Source: an uncultured virus (IMG/VR IMGVR_UViG_3300034374_009411) | Taxonomy: Duplodnaviria > Heunggongvirae > Uroviricota > Caudoviricetes | IMG/VR virus record: IMGVR_UViG_3300034374_009411 | Strand: one strand, 5' to 3' | DNA: 57,254 bases | Part shown: piece after piece, positions 55,870 to 57,254 of the stretch | Layout of the letters: the number at the start of each line of letters is the position of its first letter | Position numbering within the stretch: the first letter of the stretch is position 1 | Notes under the pieces: model-generated | The model's database searches: none | What the model saw: only the letters and a program-made list of their open reading frames with translations | What the model was told of the DNA's origin: nothing | Position numbers and translations under genes: made by a program

Positions 55870-56337
55870 CTAAATTATTTTTGCGTATCTAAGAACAAGA
55901 CTGTCATAATCAATTTGATTTGGAATAAACCCACATAGATCTTTTTTAACAAAGATATTAAATTTTTTAGATGTGTATTTTGCACCATCAGGTTTATCTA
56001 TTATACACTGACCATAATGAAGTCCACAATAAACAACATCTTTTAAATCATTTTTGATCATATATCTCAAAAATTTATTGTGATCATTCTCAAAATTAAT
56101 ATATTCATTAAAGTATGGATGCAAGTAAACTTTTTTAAATATGTTAAGGTCTTTATCATTTACAAAAAGAGGACAAGAAACACAAACATGATTTAAATTT
56201 TTAAGATAATTTTTTATTTTTTCAAAAACTAATAAATTTCTTTGGTCTAGATCTGGATATTGAATAAGATCACTTTTGTATGGAGTCTTTATCCAAGGAT
56301 CCATTATTATCCAAAGAGCATTTTTTTCTAGACTCAT
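55870..56337 (-). CDS. Hypothetical protein, isochorismatase/cysteine-hydrolase-like
   Basis: LWIIMDPW and VVYCGLHYGQCII motifs; very AT-rich; start moved to MSLEK. Confidence 0.5.
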   Translation of the reverse strand: MSLEKNALWIIMDPWIKTPYKSDLIQYPDLDQRNLLVFEKIKNYLKNLNHVCVSCPLFVNDKDLNIFKKVYLHPYFNEYINFENDHNKFLRYMIKNDLKDVVYCGLHYGQCIIDKPDGAKYTSKKFNIFVKKDLCGFIPNQIDYDSLVLRYAKII

Positions 56338-56416
56338 CTTTAGAAAATTTAAAAAGTTGTGGCCAAGTATCTTGAATAATCTCAGCAAGTTTATATGGTG
56401 TTTGTGAAGTAATCAA
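56270..56416 (-). CDS. Small cyanophage hypothetical protein
   Basis: Manual TTG start: MITSQTPYKLAEIIQDTWPQLF...; TTGA overlap with the ndhP stop. Confidence 0.5.
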   Translation of the reverse strand: MITSQTPYKLAEIIQDTWPQLFKFSKDESRKKCSLDNNGSLDKDSIQK

Positions 56417-56541
56417 TGTGCTGTACCATTCCCATCGTAATCATCACTATCATAATATACAGTCTCTCCTTTGTAAAATCCAAAGAAGAGAGTTGTAAGT
56501 ACAAATGGAATGCAAACCCAGAAGAGTATATTACCGAACAT
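56413..56541 (-). CDS. ndhP: NDH-1 small subunit NdhP homologue
   Basis: Not in the track. MFGNILFWVCIPFVLTTLFFGFYKGETVYYDSDDYDGNGTAH: one TM + LFFG + YDSDDYxGNGTAH C-terminus; GGAGG SD inside gnd. Confidence 0.8.
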   Translation of the reverse strand: MFGNILFWVCIPFVLTTLFFGFYKGETVYYDSDDYDGNGTAH

Positions 56542-57254
56542 CGTGTCCTCCAAACATTGCTCTCATACCATTCAAGACTTTATTTGCAAATCTTCCAAGT
56601 TGTCTTGATCCGAATCGTTCATATAATGCACTGCTAATGACAGGAGCGGGAACACCGAGATCCACAGCAGCGTGAACAGTCCAACGACCCTCACCACTAT
56701 CGCTAACTCCCCCATCGAACTCGCTAAGCTCTCTATCGCGGCGTAATACAGTAGCGGTAAGATCAAGTAACCAAGACCCAACCACAGAACCACGACGCCA
56801 CAACTCAGCCACCTCAGCAACATTAATATCGTAGCAGTAGTCTTTTGGATTATCCATTGGAGCGACTTCTGCGTCTCCTGCTTTGACATACTTTGCTCCC
56901 GCATTTGCTTCATGTAGGATATTAAACCCTTCTGCGTATGCTTGCATGATTCCATACTCAACACCATTGTGAACCATCTTCACAAAGTGCCCAGCACCAG
57001 GACCACCACAGTGCAACCAACCTAACTCAGACTGCCTAACATAGTCGCCAGGTTGTGTACGTTCGGCGGCATCAATTCCTGGGGCGAGGGCGTTAAAAAT
57101 GGGACTACAAGTGGCGACCGCAGTATCTCCGCCACCAACCATAAGACAGTATCCACGCTCCAGACCGTAAACACCACCACTAGTGCCACAGTCAATATAC
57201 GCGATGCCAAGTTTTGCAAGGCGCTCTGCTCTTTTCCGACTGTCCTTAAAATTG
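56531..57254 (-). CDS. gnd: 6-phosphogluconate dehydrogenase (5' end outside the window)
   Basis: Frame open to the window edge: IDCGTSGGVYG..LMVGG, GAGHFVKMVHNGVEYG, DSGEGRWT, MRAMFGGH. Confidence 0.95.
   Translation of the reverse strand, partial: NFKDSRKRAERLAKLGIAYIDCGTSGGVYGLERGYCLMVGGGDTAVATCSPIFNALAPGIDAAERTQPGDYVRQSELGWLHCGGPGAGHFVKMVHNGVEYGIMQAYAEGFNILHEANAGAKYVKAGDAEVAPMDNPKDYCYDINVAEVAELWRRGSVVGSWLLDLTATVLRRDRELSEFDGGVSDSGEGRWTVHAAVDLGVPAPVISSALYERFGSRQLGRFANKVLNGMRAMFGGHDVR

Overview
AT-rich segment of a T4-like cyanomyovirus genome (Synechococcus/Prochlorococcus-type phage). Genes are densely packed and almost all on the minus strand, except a four-gene + strand block (gp4, gp2-like, gp48, gp53). 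From left to right: (1) a restriction-modification-like locus with an SF2 helicase start, a truncated N6-MTase and a GIY-YIG-like/SF2-helicase/NPPY-MTase fusion. (2) Two very large tail-fibre genes with C-terminal S74 chaperones, flanking a 2OG-Fe(II) oxygenase fusion and three tRNAs (Leu-UAA x2, Ile-UAU). (3) A baseplate/tail module (gp5, cp12, gp27-like, two tape-measure-like genes, gp51, gp26, tube-family gene, gp4, gp2-like, gp48, gp53). (4) Replication and late-transcription genes (gp32, gp59, gp33, exonuclease, phoH, thyX). (5) An accessory/AMG region (DUF4278 operon, speD, carbamoyltransferase, glutaredoxins, talC, rimK, psbD, ndhP, gnd). The strongest unexpected signals are: a glutamine-riboswitch (glnA-type) double aptamer with a whole 62-codon ORF looped out of one stem, its start and stop codons forming the two arms of that stem; a candidate -1 frameshift fusing gp26 to gp51 just upstream of tape-measure-like genes; an apparently split methyltransferase; an HxG (halogenase-type) 2OG oxygenase; and a perfect HLR1/RpaB box on the psbD promoter. 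All calls come from reading the sequence by eye; no searches were run.
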